In this document: piece by piece, positions 34,521 to 49,700 of the stretch | Position numbering within the stretch: position 1 is the first letter of the stretch | Layout of the letters: every line of letters begins with the position of its first letter | Assembly: GCF_009914755.1 (NCBI RefSeq) | Contig: NC_060927.1 | DNA: 64,000 nucleotides | Reading direction: 5' to 3' (one strand) | DNA from: the human T2T-CHM13v2.0 reference genome, Homo sapiens | Notes under the pieces: model-generated | Told to the model about the DNA's origin: nothing | What the model saw: the letters and a program-made list of their open reading frames with translations, nothing else | Databases searched by the model: none | Program-made: the position numbers and the translations under genes

Positions 34521-35289
34521 AGAACATTCACCTGGGTAGGGGCAGGGCTGGGGGAAAACAGGGAGTAGGGGCCGCAGCCCACAGGCTCGAAGTGACCAGC
34601 CACTGCCTCTCCCCCCTCGACAGTGCCACCAGCGGAAATGCCCAGCCCCGGGACCAGGGGACTAGGGACAGGAGCCTACCCTGTGCGGCTCTGAGGAGTG
34701 GCTGTGAGCACTGCACGCAGGACTGAGAAAGCCCGGGATAAGCCCGGAGTGCAGGGAAACCCGCAGCCCCCTGGGCAGATGTGGAGAAGAATCTGGACAA
34801 GCTGACCGAGACCCCGGTACCGGGGGTCTCCGTGTGTGCCTGGCTGCGTGATCAGGTGACCCCAGACTCTGAGGGCGTGGAACTGCTTTTGCCAGGAAAG
34901 CGCTCTGGGCATGCTGTGTAGGGGTGAATTACCCTTACCCCCTTCACCAAGACCCAGAACTGCCTTTCCTAGGGGTGAAGTAAGGTTTCCAGGGCCTCAT
35001 GTTGCAGAAAAAAAGAACCCTAAATTAACATACAGAGAGATTAAATTATCTCCATTCCCAATCTGGCATATTTCCTAAACCTTAAATAATTTGAGAGGCT
35101 TCCATGTGGGCTTCTGAGAAACAGGAGGGCAGCTGGGAGAACTTCCCACGCCCACAAGCCTTTGTGTGAAAATCCCTAAAAATAGAGGTTGTTCTTCTAA
35201 AAACAAAAGGGAAGGCTAAGCCATGGGAACACTGACAGAACCTAACCTCTCGCTTCTGCTCCAGCAAAGACGCGTGTGAAGATATAGAA

Positions 35290-35612
35290 CATCATATTTG
35301 CCATTTTTACCATTTTAACTGTACAGTTCAGTGGTATTAATCACACACAATATTGTCCAACCATCATCGCTATTTCCAAAACTTTCATCGTCCCCAATAG
35401 ACACTCTGTACCCACTAAGTACTAACTCCCCGTTTCGTCTACCCTCAGAGGTAACTCCCCTCATCTACTTCCCGTCTCTATGGATTTACCTATTTTGTGT
35501 ATTTCATGTAAGTAGAATCATACAATACTTGTCCTTTTGTGTCTGGCTTACTTCACTCAGCATAATGTCCTCAAGGTTCATCCATGTTGTAGCATGTGTC
35601 AGAATTTCATTC
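35290..35612 (-). mobile_element. Old L1M 3' fragment
   Basis: gtagaatcatacaatacttgtccttttgtgtctggcttacttcactcagcataatgtcctcaaggttcatccatgttgtagcatg. Confidence 0.8.
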
Positions 35613-35745
35613 CCAGCAAAGAAATTTTTAATAACCCATCTCTGCCAGAAAAAAAGACCCCCCAAAAGTTACAGATTAACCATCTGTGAACAAAGGATGA
35701 ATGGGCGGACAGGCTGACACAGTCACGTTACTGGAATCCATTATG

Positions 35746-36420
<675 letters not shown>

Positions 36421-36897
36421 TATTTCCACAGATTCATCAGAATGATCAGCAGAGTCATTTTTCTTATTCACTTTTGGTGGGTCATACATGACACTGCTCT
36501 TTTTTTTTTTTTTTGCCTCAAGCTGGTTTCCTGTTTGCTGTCACCTTCCGATGAGTCTCCCTCTAAGTGTCAACATGAATTTTGAAGAATCTGCATTCAA
36601 TTCCATATCAGCCTGAGTTAAAAACTTTAGAATGGGGAATCCACCTCTCGCTTTATAACCACCTACTTCCTGTCACTCGTCATTTTCTAAATAAATGAGA
36701 GGTTCCCTTCAAAGCTTATAAGCATCTTCTAAACCCAGAAACAAATATAGTTGTTTATTTTCTTCATGTTAAGGCTACAGAAACCTGCCCTTTGCAAAGA
36801 AAAATATATATATATCCTGCTTAATGTAGATTTTTCTTATAACAATAACACTAACCTTAAAAAAACAAAAAAACAAAAACAAAAACAAAAAACCTCA

Positions 36898-37205
<308 letters not shown>

Positions 37206-37420
37206 GAGAGAGAGAGAGATAGTATCCTGCATATCCTTTAAACATTGCCATTTTGAAGATACTGCCCTACATGAACTAGGAAAAGCATGTTTGTTGCATC
37301 ATTACTTTGTAATACTTTAAACAATGAGAACAACCTAAATGTCCATCAACAGAAGACTGCTTAGATAAACGGTACAGCCATACTATGACAGCTGGCATTA
37401 GAAATAATTAGGTGTTTCTG

Positions 37421-38431
<1,011 letters not shown>

Positions 38432-38443
38432 TTAAAAAGCAGT

Positions 38444-38445
<2 letters not shown>

Positions 38446-38480
<35 letters not shown>
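38446..38480. repeat. (CA)n microsatellite
   Basis: Direct reading. Confidence 0.95.
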
Positions 38481-38485
<5 letters not shown>

Positions 38486-38506
38486 GTGGTTTGTATAGAA
38501 AAATAT

Positions 38507-39300
<794 letters not shown>

Positions 39301-39569
39301 ATGCTCCCTCACCTCTTTCCTTCCAGTGGCTGGCACTGAGAAATGTCATCTGTGTGAAGGCTGGCAACAAAATCATAACCTGAAAGATAGCGTCATTTGT
39401 CAGAAAGTCTGAACCCTGGAGGGAGATCAGGGCTCCGAAAAGGTCAACCAGAATAGGAATGGGAAAGCAGGTTGAAAACATTAAGTCATGATGTGAATAG
39501 GTATGTACACAAAAACATATCTATCTCACAGCCTAGGCCCTGGAACCACAGTCAAAAGTGCCTCGAGAG

Positions 39570-39760
39570 GTGGCTCACCTAGTGTGGTGCACATTTTACA
39601 ATCACCTAGGGGTGGTTTCAGAAAATACCAATACCTGGGGGACCCACCTCCAGATATTCTGACTTAATTACTTAATTGGTCTGGGGTGGGGCCTAGAAAT
39701 CAGCATTTTCTTTAAACTTCTCAGATGATTCTAATGCTCAGCCAAGGTTTGAAAATCATG
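39570..39760. mobile_element. MER5-like hAT-Charlie fossil
   Basis: aatcacctaggg...cagatattctgacttaatt...ggtctggggtggggcctagaaatcagcatttt...gatgattctaatgctcagccaaggtttgaaaatca. Confidence 0.7.
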
Positions 39761-42700
39761 AGATTTCTAGCCCGATAGTATTTTTTCCCCTCTTCAAAAC
39801 ACCTGAGAGATGGAATACATCTTGTTGGCAGTGGTGTCTTATTGTAGTTACAATTTTCAATGACAGGGAGAAGGTGGATATATCACTAAGGCAGCACAAG
39901 TAATTTACTATTTAAAGAGAGTAATTATATAAACTGCATATATATGTTTTAGTTGGTCATTGTGATGCACCTCCCTGGGGCAAGCCTGCGTATTTAAAAA
40001 AATCACAGGAATTCTGCACACACTCACAAGGGTTTGCCGGCTCTGAGGGTGGAGCCGAGATTGGAACATAGGTCTCATTCCAATGCCAGGCTCTCTCCTC
40101 TGCACAATGCAACCTCTTTAATCCAGGTGAAGAGATAAAACAGAAAAAAGTTTTCCTTCTTCATGGACTTTGACATGCAATTCCAAGAGCCCCAGGTCCA
40201 AGAGGGTGTCCTGCCAGAGGGCCACCCAGCATTCCGGGGAGCTGGGAGGGGGTGACTCGGGAGATGCAGGCCGGAACAAAGCACAAGCCCTCACACAGGC
40301 TGAGAGAGCCTGGCTCCCAGGGAAGTTGGGGCAGGCCAGTCTCCTCCTCTGGCTTCCCTGGTAAGACTGAGTGGAGAGGGAAGGGCCGCAGCTTTCCTGG
40401 TGTCGGGTGTTCAGCTCCTGTTGGACAGGTCTCTCCTCCAGGATCTAGGCTATTTGTTGATTCTGGGGGTTTGCCCTGACAAGAGAAAGTCATTCTGCCT
40501 CTATCAGCCACCTGGCATCTGTCATGGGCTGGGACCTGGTGGGAGCACAAAACAAAATGTAGATGCAGAAAGGAGCCAGAGAAACAGGGTCCAGATTATT
40601 TTATGATGACAGTGGCAGCCTCACTAGACTGTGACAACAAAGTGATTAGCATTAGCTTTTCCTCAAATACCATCTACGGCAGACCCAGTGACAGGCTGTC
40701 TAGAGTGTAGATGAGAGAAGTCAGGTCTGGATCTGAGACCTGATTCTCCCTCTTCACTCTATGACCTTGCCCACGGTCTCCAATGTGTCTAAGCTTCCAT
40801 TTTCTTACTTGTAGCATGGAGTTAATGATTAAGACCTGCCGAGCCTACCTGGCAGAGTGGTTATGAACATTCTAGAATTTTACTGGGGACTGAAATCCAG
40901 ATCAGCTATCTCGTTTTCACAATCCACTATTTTCCCTCCCATTTTGAAAATCACATGTCCAGTTTTCTGGTCTTACGGCAGTTATCCAGAGCCTCAAACT
41001 CCCTGCGAGTGATTCTTCTGCCGGACCGGCAAGCTTCTCTTTCCATCCTTGGATATAACTCAGGGGCCTGCATTCCCTCCTTCAACCACATTCACCAAAC
41101 ATCTGTTGCTCACCGACTGTGGCCAACACAGAACACAGAGTGGGAAGCAAGACCGCTCCAGGCAGGCGGGCAAGACAGACTTTCATCAAATGCTCACACA
41201 TTACAAACAGCCGTCTAGAGGCTAGAGAAACTGTACAGAGTGATGAGAGAGATTCTGAAATGGTTAATGTGACCTAATCAGGAAAATCAGGATACGCTTT
41301 TCTGGGAAAGTGATGCTAGGGCTGAAATCCAAGGGATGTATAGGGTGGGAGTAGGAGGTTTAATGGAGTGTAGAGAGAAAATAGTGCCTTTGTAGCCCAA
41401 GAGGACATGACCAAGTATCCGAAGCTGAAAGCAGTCCAGTGGTGAAAGAGGAGAGAGGATGAGAGCCTTACTGTAGGGAAGGCGGGGGCTACGAGCAGCA
41501 GATGACCTCACAGGGCCAAGGTAAGGAATGCCATGTTTCTCCAAGTAACAACTGGGAAGCTTCTGACGCATGGCTGTTATGTGGAGCAAGAACCAGAGGC
41601 CAAGAAGAATGCATGTACAGGAACTTACAGAAACCCAGGCAAGACCTGAAGGTGGTTTGGGCTGTGGTAGTAGTAAAGGGAGGGAGGGTTCCAAAGAATT
41701 TGAGAAATATTCACAAGCCCTGCCCTCCAGGAGTGGCCTGATTGATTAGATCATAGAATACTTACTGAACCCCATCCAGCAGTGAGCATTTTCCATTACT
41801 AAGCCTCACATGTGGACATGTCTCTTTTTTGCTTCTTCTTTTCTTTGCTCCTATGCAACTGGAGCAGTGAGAAAAGGGCTGGGGCCCACCTGCTCACTGA
41901 TGAGTCCTGGCCATCCTACTCCTTATTCATTCGATTCTCATATACTGAGATGCCCCGGTCAGCACGAGGTGGTAAGGTGCCAAGGGGAAGGAAGTGGCTC
42001 TAGAGGCCTTACAGTTCCAGCCACATCCTCTAGCTCATTTCTATACTAGGGTTTGGGAAATGGGCATAGCACATATTGTATTAAGAGGGTGCCTTGTTTC
42101 CCACTGGCCATTGATTCTTGTGTGCCACTTTACGGAATTTTTTTTGAAGGTTATGGCAAGTGCGAGTTGTAATTGAGTGCAGAATTCTGGCATTTCCAGG
42201 CTCCTGGATGACAGCATCATCTTAATGCCACTGAATTTCCACCACACTTCTAATACCTTCAAATAGCCCTCCGAATGCCTCCTGTACCCCCTAGCATTGT
42301 TCATTCATTCACACTTGCTCATTGTGTGAGGTAGCTTTATGCTCTCTGAACTTAATGCCTTTAAGAAGCTTACAATCTAATCCAGGGGGTCTCACAATCT
42401 TCTCCTGATGATCAATTTAGTTTTGAATGTTCCTGAAATATGAATACTTAAAAAAAAAACAAATAAACCTAACCTGCATGAGAGGCAGGGCTTCAAAACT
42501 CATCACATAGCATCTGCTGGTTGTTTCTATTCGATGTATACCTGTGATTATGGTATAGACACTCAGGAGAAAGAAATAAAAAGAATAGCAAAGAAGGGGC
42601 AGAAATAGTGAAAGAAAAATAATGTAAGAGAAAAAAAGGAAGAGAGAAAAAAGTGGTTCCAACATCCTAACCTCATTGTCCATAATTTTGCTTTTGCCTC

Positions 42701-42903
42701 ATGGGTCAGCCAGGTTCCCGTTCCTGACTAACCAATAGCTTAGGAGTGAGAAAGTGGGGACTTCCACCTCAGTATATTTCCTTACTTTTGTAGGATGACA
42801 CTTCTGCTTATTGTTTCTCATTTGTGGCAATGTATGTCAGTGTTGTTTAGACTTCGTCCACAATGTTCCATCCCGTTCAGTGTATGTGATAATGAAATCA
42901 TAC

Positions 42904-44700
42904 TTTTTTTGAGACAGGGTCTCACTCTGACACCCAGAGTGGAGTGCAGTGGCACAATCACGGCTCACTGCAGCCCCAACCTCCTGAGCTCATGATCCTC
43001 CCATCTCGGCCTCCTGAGTTGGTGGGACTTCAGGTGTGCACCACCACACCTGGGTGTTAAAAGTTTTTTTGAGAGATGGGGGTCTCTGCTATGTTGCCCA
43101 GGCTGGAGTCATAGTTTTTTAATGAAGTTTTTTGATTATGCGTTTCTAAGGTTTAGGGCATGTGCTTTATAATACGCTGTACTCCATTTCCCAGTGAACA
43201 CAAATTATGAGATAAGTAATCACTTATTTACAAAATTCCTATCACTTCTGCCTCACTAACTAGTTATTCCTTGTTGGTCAATTAAATCCAGACAGACTCT
43301 CATATCTTCTTCAGTCTTTTGAAAGATAATATTGTCTGCAAGTGAAAGTTATTACATGTTCTGCTTTACATGAGATGAAGCTTCCAATTGTGAGGAAGCC
43401 AGGCTCTCTATTGCCTTTAGGACCTAGCCCACAAAGTCATGTAGTGTCATTTCCACCATTTCTCCTATTGGTTGGGGCACTTAAAAAGTCCACTCAGGCT
43501 CAATGGGAGGTAACATAGACTCTACTCCTTTTGAAGGAATCCCAACATCATGTTGTAAGAAGAGCATATGGGAAATACAATCTACTCCACATTGTTTGTT
43601 TTTTTAATTTTCTTATTCATCTCCCACCCCGCCCCCTCCAGATTCCAAATACTTTGGCATCTGTATTTACTGAATACAGTAAATACAGTAAATACACTTG
43701 TCCAACTCTGCTCTATCTTGCTTTTGTGCTGCTTCAAAATCTGGATAGGCTGGGCACAGTGTAATCACACCTGTAATCCCAACACTTTGGGAGGCCAAGA
43801 AGGGAGGACTGCTTCAGTCCAGGAGTTCGAGATCAGCCTGGGTAACATAAACAAACAAACAAACAAACAAAAAAACCCTGTCTCTATAAAAAATAAAACA
43901 AAGATTAGCTAGATGTAATGGAGCAAGCCTGAAGCCTCAGCTATTCAGAAGGCTGAGGCAAGAGGATCTCTAGAGCCCAGGAGTTCGAGGACACAGTGAG
44001 CTATGATCATGCCACTACACTCCACCTGGGCAACAGAGCGAGACCTCCTTAAGAAAATAAATACATAAAATCTGAATAGGGTATGTATTTAGCACTTTAC
44101 AGTTTACAAATTATCTCAAGTGATTTGACATTCACAGCAATTCATATAGGCATTCTTTACCCTTAATTTGCAGATGAAAAAGTTGAGGTTCAGAAAAATA
44201 TGTGACTTGAACGAGGCTACACAGATAGATCAAGGCAGAACAGTGATTTAATCCTCTTAAGTCCTCTGCTTATTTCACTGCCCCTTATTTGCCCATGCAG
44301 CCTATAGAATATTATCAAACTACAGCTCTACTGTCTCACAATCATCCTCAACAAAAAACATGCATAGCTCATTTAAAGCTGTCCCATGCAGCATTGGATA
44401 TACTGCCTTGGAAGTATTTTCTTGAAGGATATTTTTAGTCCGAGGTAGGGTGATCACTTGAGACCAGGAGTTCAACAGCAAGCCTGGGAAACATACCAAG
44501 ACCCTGTCTCTACACAACATAATAAACATAACGGGGCATGGTGGCACATGCCCGTAGTCCCACCTACTCAGGAGGCTGAAGCAAGAGGATCACTTGAGCC
44601 CAGGAGTACAAGGCTGCAGTGAACTATGATCATGCCATTGCATTCCAGCCTGGGCCACAGAGCAAGACTCCATCCCCCTCCCCCCGAAAAAAACATAAAA
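42904..44700. mobile_element. AluJ-type elements (- 42904-43108, + 43748-44070, + 44440-44700) and a MIR at about 44085-44260
   Basis: Diverged Alu arms; MIR core ttgcagatgaaaaagttgagg. Confidence 0.75.
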
Positions 44701-46408
44701 CAATCCACAAAAAAAGGAAACCCTATTTTTTACACACATATTACTAGACTCTGTGTTTACTCTCCCCTTCCCCCCCACCCCCGACAACGCACAAAACTGC
44801 TCTCAGCCATCTTCTGTGAGGTCTCAAATCACTCTGCATGCATTTACTCTGCTGTGTCCTCTTTCAGCCATTTCGTGATCTAGCAATCAGGCTTAACCCT
44901 CATACTGTCTTCACAAAAGTTGCGTTAGGGTGATGGTGCTGAAACTTCCATAGTTTTCCCATAGGGAAAACTACCATATCGGAAGTTTAAAAGGTAAGTT
45001 TGGCAGAGGCCAAAATACCTTGAAGGAAATGGCCAAGGAAGAGAAAGAGAATCATACAAAGGGACAGCTGGAAGTTATTTAACATGAAGTACCATAAACA
45101 TAATCGTAGTCTGGGAGGATTGAACAAGTAGCATATGACTTCAAGGTGTTTAAAATATTAATACCTTTCCATGAAGACTGCTAGAATGACGAATCAGCCT
45201 TGGTTTAGTTATTTCTCCACTTCCAGGAAACCATCTCTCACCACCCATTTCCAACCCCGCAGTGGGGTACAGGTGACCCTCTAGTGTATTTTCACTCTAA
45301 TGTGTGTGAACCTCAGTCCTGTGGTAGGTCAGTTCCTTCAAAACAAAGTCTGTTTCTCATTTCCACAGTCCAGGCTTGAATCCTATCCCTAACTTTGTTA
45401 CTTTAGGTAGAGTATAATTTTTGACAATGTTCCCTATTTCCACTTTTTTAGTCTGTATATATTTTCTATCTTGTGAAATTTATTAAGATTATATTTTCTA
45501 ATCCTATCCTAACAAAGGGAATAAATGTACTTACAAGTTTGAGGGATGATATTACTCAGCATAGCACTCAACACATCTTAACACTCATTGTTTGCTTGAA
45601 TAATCTAAAGTACAATACTGCAACCTGCAATTGATAACACTATAAATACCTTTCACATGGTCAAATAAAGATGCTAATGGCCTCAACCACCTATTATTTG
45701 CATGGAGCACAATGCCTGTTATTAAATAGATGATTGGTGCTGAATGAACGCAGGGTCAAAGAAGTCGACCCCAGTAAGACTCAGATCAATAGAAAACACA
45801 GTTCCTACCTTGGGCAAGGCATTTCTTTGGCTCCCTTCCCCACCTTGACACAACATCTTATTTTCAGAACCTTATTAAGAATGAGAAGCTAGGGAAAATT
45901 AAGGTTACAACTTTAAAAGTTCATCTGTATTAGTAGGTAAATATGCAAATGCTCAAATGTTCTCTAACAATTCAAGTCCATTTCTAAACTTGAGTTTTCC
46001 CAGTCACTTGAAAATCACTTCGAAATGTCATTCTAATTTACAATATCACATTTCATATCCCAGCTCTTACACATATGCATATGCAGCTGTGTGAATGTCT
46101 GGGTAAAATGTTCCTTTTAATTACACTTGAAAATGACAAAAGAAAGAAAATTATGAGACCCAAATTTTAGCTTTAGTTCACTTAAAACTTTTCACCTCCA
46201 TTCATTCTTTATGCATCATATGAATATAATTTATATCCTATCAGGTTCACCAGAGAAGAAATAAAACAGAACAGCCAGCATTCTGAAAAAAAAAATTTTT
46301 AAATTCAATCCAAACATATAATCAGGAAAATCTTCATAATCACTTTGTGCATGATAAATTGTCGAGTAAGACTCAATGACAACACATTAATTCAAGTGAC
46401 TTCAATTT

Positions 46409-46414
46409 TTTATT
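46409..46414 (-). terminator. Probable distal polyadenylation signal of ZNF148
   Basis: Plus-strand tttatt (minus AATAAA), followed about 25 nt later on the minus strand by GU-rich TGTGTTGTCATTGAGT. Confidence 0.7.
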
Positions 46415-46550
46415 TTTTCTTATAATCTTTAGAAGATTGGAGAAGTATCATGTAGAATATCTCCCCTCCCCTCTCCCCACCATTCCTAATCATTCAAGAA
46501 AAACTGGGATCTAGGAAATGCATTAGTAGACTATCAGTGGTATTATTATG

Positions 46551-46750
46551 TACAATTGGTTAAAGCACCATGCTAATAATAAGGCCAGGGTCCTAGGACT
46601 GATCATTGCGAGGGCCAATTAGTTTAAATTTGTTCCATGGACCCAGACTGCACTCCTAACCACAGACAACTTTCTTACAATGCATCCCGCTGGTCACAAG
46701 CTAGGGTACTGGCAAGGTGGTAGATGGATGAAAACAAATCTCCACTAATG
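46551..46750 (+). mobile_element. MamSINE1-like ancient tRNA-derived SINE, antisense within the distal ZNF148 3'UTR
   Basis: tRNA-like head (ttggttaaagcaccatgctaataataaggccagggtc) followed by tgttccatggacccagactgcactcctaacc...ggtcacaag...gatggatg, resembling the MamSINE1 consensus as recalled. Confidence 0.7.
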
Positions 46751-49700
46751 AAAGAAAAAAGAAAAGAAATCCCACGTATGCTGACAGTGGGTTAACAGAG
46801 TCTTATCTGTAAAGAAAAGAACACATATTTTCTTCGCTCTATGATAAACACGTTTCAAGTCTAAAATATTCAATGACAGTAACATTTGACTCTTGCATTT
46901 TAGAATAACATTCCACATAAAGCTATAATAAAGGCCCTGATAATTGTTACCCAATTTGTGTAACTGTTAATTCCACACAGAAATTCTTTTCTCTTTACGG
47001 TTATATCTATGCACCATGATTTTTGCATATTTACCATTCGTTATTTGGTTCAGAATATTGTGAAAAATTCAGCTCGAAAATTATCCATAAAACTGTATTC
47101 TATATTTTATTTTTCAAACAGCCAGTGTCCACATTTAAAATGCAGAATTTGCAAATATTAGTCTAATAATTCAATTTAAAGTAAAGCAAAACAACTTCCT
47201 TTAGTATCACAATACATAAAATGGTTTTATAAACTCCAAATGGCAAAGATAACTATATGACAATAGTGTTGAAAGCCGTGAAACTCATTAAACCTCTTAT
47301 CAATAGGTCAGTTTAAAGAACATCTCTATGTTCCATGACTATGCATGAAACAAGCTGTCACTGTATTATAAAGGCTCAGCAATTCATTCATGGCATAATA
47401 TAGGGTCAAGCAAGATTTTGTTTTTACAATGACAATTAAAACATATTTAAAGAACAAAAAACCTCCCAATTGTTTAAAAACAATTCTATTTGGAGAGCAA
47501 AATATTTTAAAATATATCGACTTACCAAATTTCAATTGTCAGGCTGCTGACTACTGATGTAAAAGTTTATATTTAAAAATATCACAAATCTCTTTTTATT
47601 TAACACTGAAAATTTCAATGGGATAAGTTTCATTGCAAAGCAACTGTCACCTGAGTAGATTTTAAAATTTAGTGCTCCTATTTTTTGGGGGAGAGGGGAA
47701 GGAAAGACCCATTTTGTATCTGATCCCGAGTTTGCAGTTGAGTCCTTCCCAATGATTTCTTAGGGAGTTGAAGAAACAACCTGCTGCAACCTTCCCAAGA
47801 CACACGATGCCCCCCTTTCCCTCGGAAATTTGCTCTAGCATTTTAGGAACTCTCAGTATTCATCAAATATTTCCATTTCACTACCCACTCAAGCATAGCA
47901 ACCCAATTCATTTAGTTCTATACAACAGTGTCTATATTATGTACATATTTAATTATCAATAGGAAATAGAAAATAAAAATTTACAGTGATTGAGAAAAGG
48001 TCAGAAAATGGGATAGGAATAGTAATACTGTATAATCAGAATATCCTATTATCTTACCAGTTTTAATGACAGGGTTTTTCCTTTATTAGTTGAAATACAA
48101 AGAAGGCATAGGGGATCCCAGGAAAATAACACTATATATCAGAAAATTCAACGTGCTCCACCATCAGGATTTCCATCACACACATTTAATTTCTTCTGTA
48201 CAATGTTTATAAACTTGTTTTTCTTTTCAAAATCATCAGATTTTCAGATTAAATTCAGCACTACACAGTATGCCCTTGAAGTAAAATGAGGTTACCTGCT
48301 TTATTTGGATACCAAGTTCCCTTCAGACAGCATTAAAATAAAGACAAGTAAGACTACACAGATAAAATCCAGTATAATTCAAATCCAACAATGAAAAATT
48401 TCCCCCATATTGTTGCAAAATTCTTTCTACTGAAATGCTTTGCTACAATAATAAAAAGCATACATTACATATAAAAGATACCAGTGTACTAAAAAGTGAC
48501 AGAAGTGGACTAGCAAATCCTTCAAAGCACATTATATAAATGACTAGCATTTAAAAACATTTTTTCCTATAAAATGTAGGTCATATACATTTATAAATTG
48601 GCGGTTTTATTTCTAAAGCAGTGATGTGTGTGTTCAAATAGCTGTCCTGTACAGTATAATATCTACTCACTTGAAACTATAATAGGTTTGTCTTTCTTTG
48701 TATTGAAGTTGAATAAATTCATCTGATCAGCTGAGAAACCAAGCTTGAAAAATAAGTATCTAAAAATCAATGTAGAAAGTTTAGAATTATTGAAATGTAG
48801 TTATGAAATATGAAGAGAACTATCTATTTCACAATGGAGCTGAAGTCACCTCAAAACTTACGGGCTTGAATCTAAAACAGAAACAAATATTAAAATCCAA
48901 AGCAAATCACAAAGTTAGGTAGCAGTACAGAAGCAGGAAAAAAAACCACATCCCTTCCTTCAGTGTGATGGGCACTAAGTTTTGCGGTCTTCCTCCATCT
49001 TGCAGAAGAGTGGTAAGGCCATTCAATGCTTAGTGAAAGTGAGTACAGATGAAGTCAGATTTAGCCTGTCTCCCCTGCAACTTCAATTATGCTGTGTAAA
49101 CAGTGTTACGTTCCAATAGGAGGAACAATGGAATTTGCTTATAAAAACTGATTAAAGATAATCATTATTAAATGAAATAAGGATAATTAATAACTCTGAA
49201 ATGTTTTTAGAACTTTCCTGATGCTACTTGTAAAGTTAGCACTGCTATGTATTATTGCTTACATACAGTACAACATCATATGCCTTCTAACATAAAGCAG
49301 TACTGTGATTTGTTTGTACATATTTACAGATTCTTAAAAACAAGCTGTAAAAACATTACATACTTTCAGACAATACAAATTAGCACATTGGTACTCACTT
49401 CAAAACAAATGGAATGCATAACATTAATAAACATCATAAAGGAAGACTCACATAAAAGTCCTTGATTGTCAAGACACGTTTATATATAAACTCTAACTGT
49501 GCAGAATTAAAGATTCAATCATAGGTACATCCTTATTTGATGAACCATATTTACAGCATGGTATTGCATAAAAAAATAAAATAATGTTTACAGGGTTTTA
49601 CTTTTTTATCCATTGGATTAAAGAAAGCAACAAACATAACAAGAAATGTTTGTCTGCTTTAGTTTGTTTCCTACCAAAGTTTAAGTGAAAAAAGGAAACA

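Noticed and set aside
33553-34726. Long overlapping ORFs of 294, 174 and 125 aa
   Set aside because: They lie in the CpG island, where stop codons are scarce in all frames. Low-complexity Gly/Pro/Arg/Ala content and no recognisable domain.
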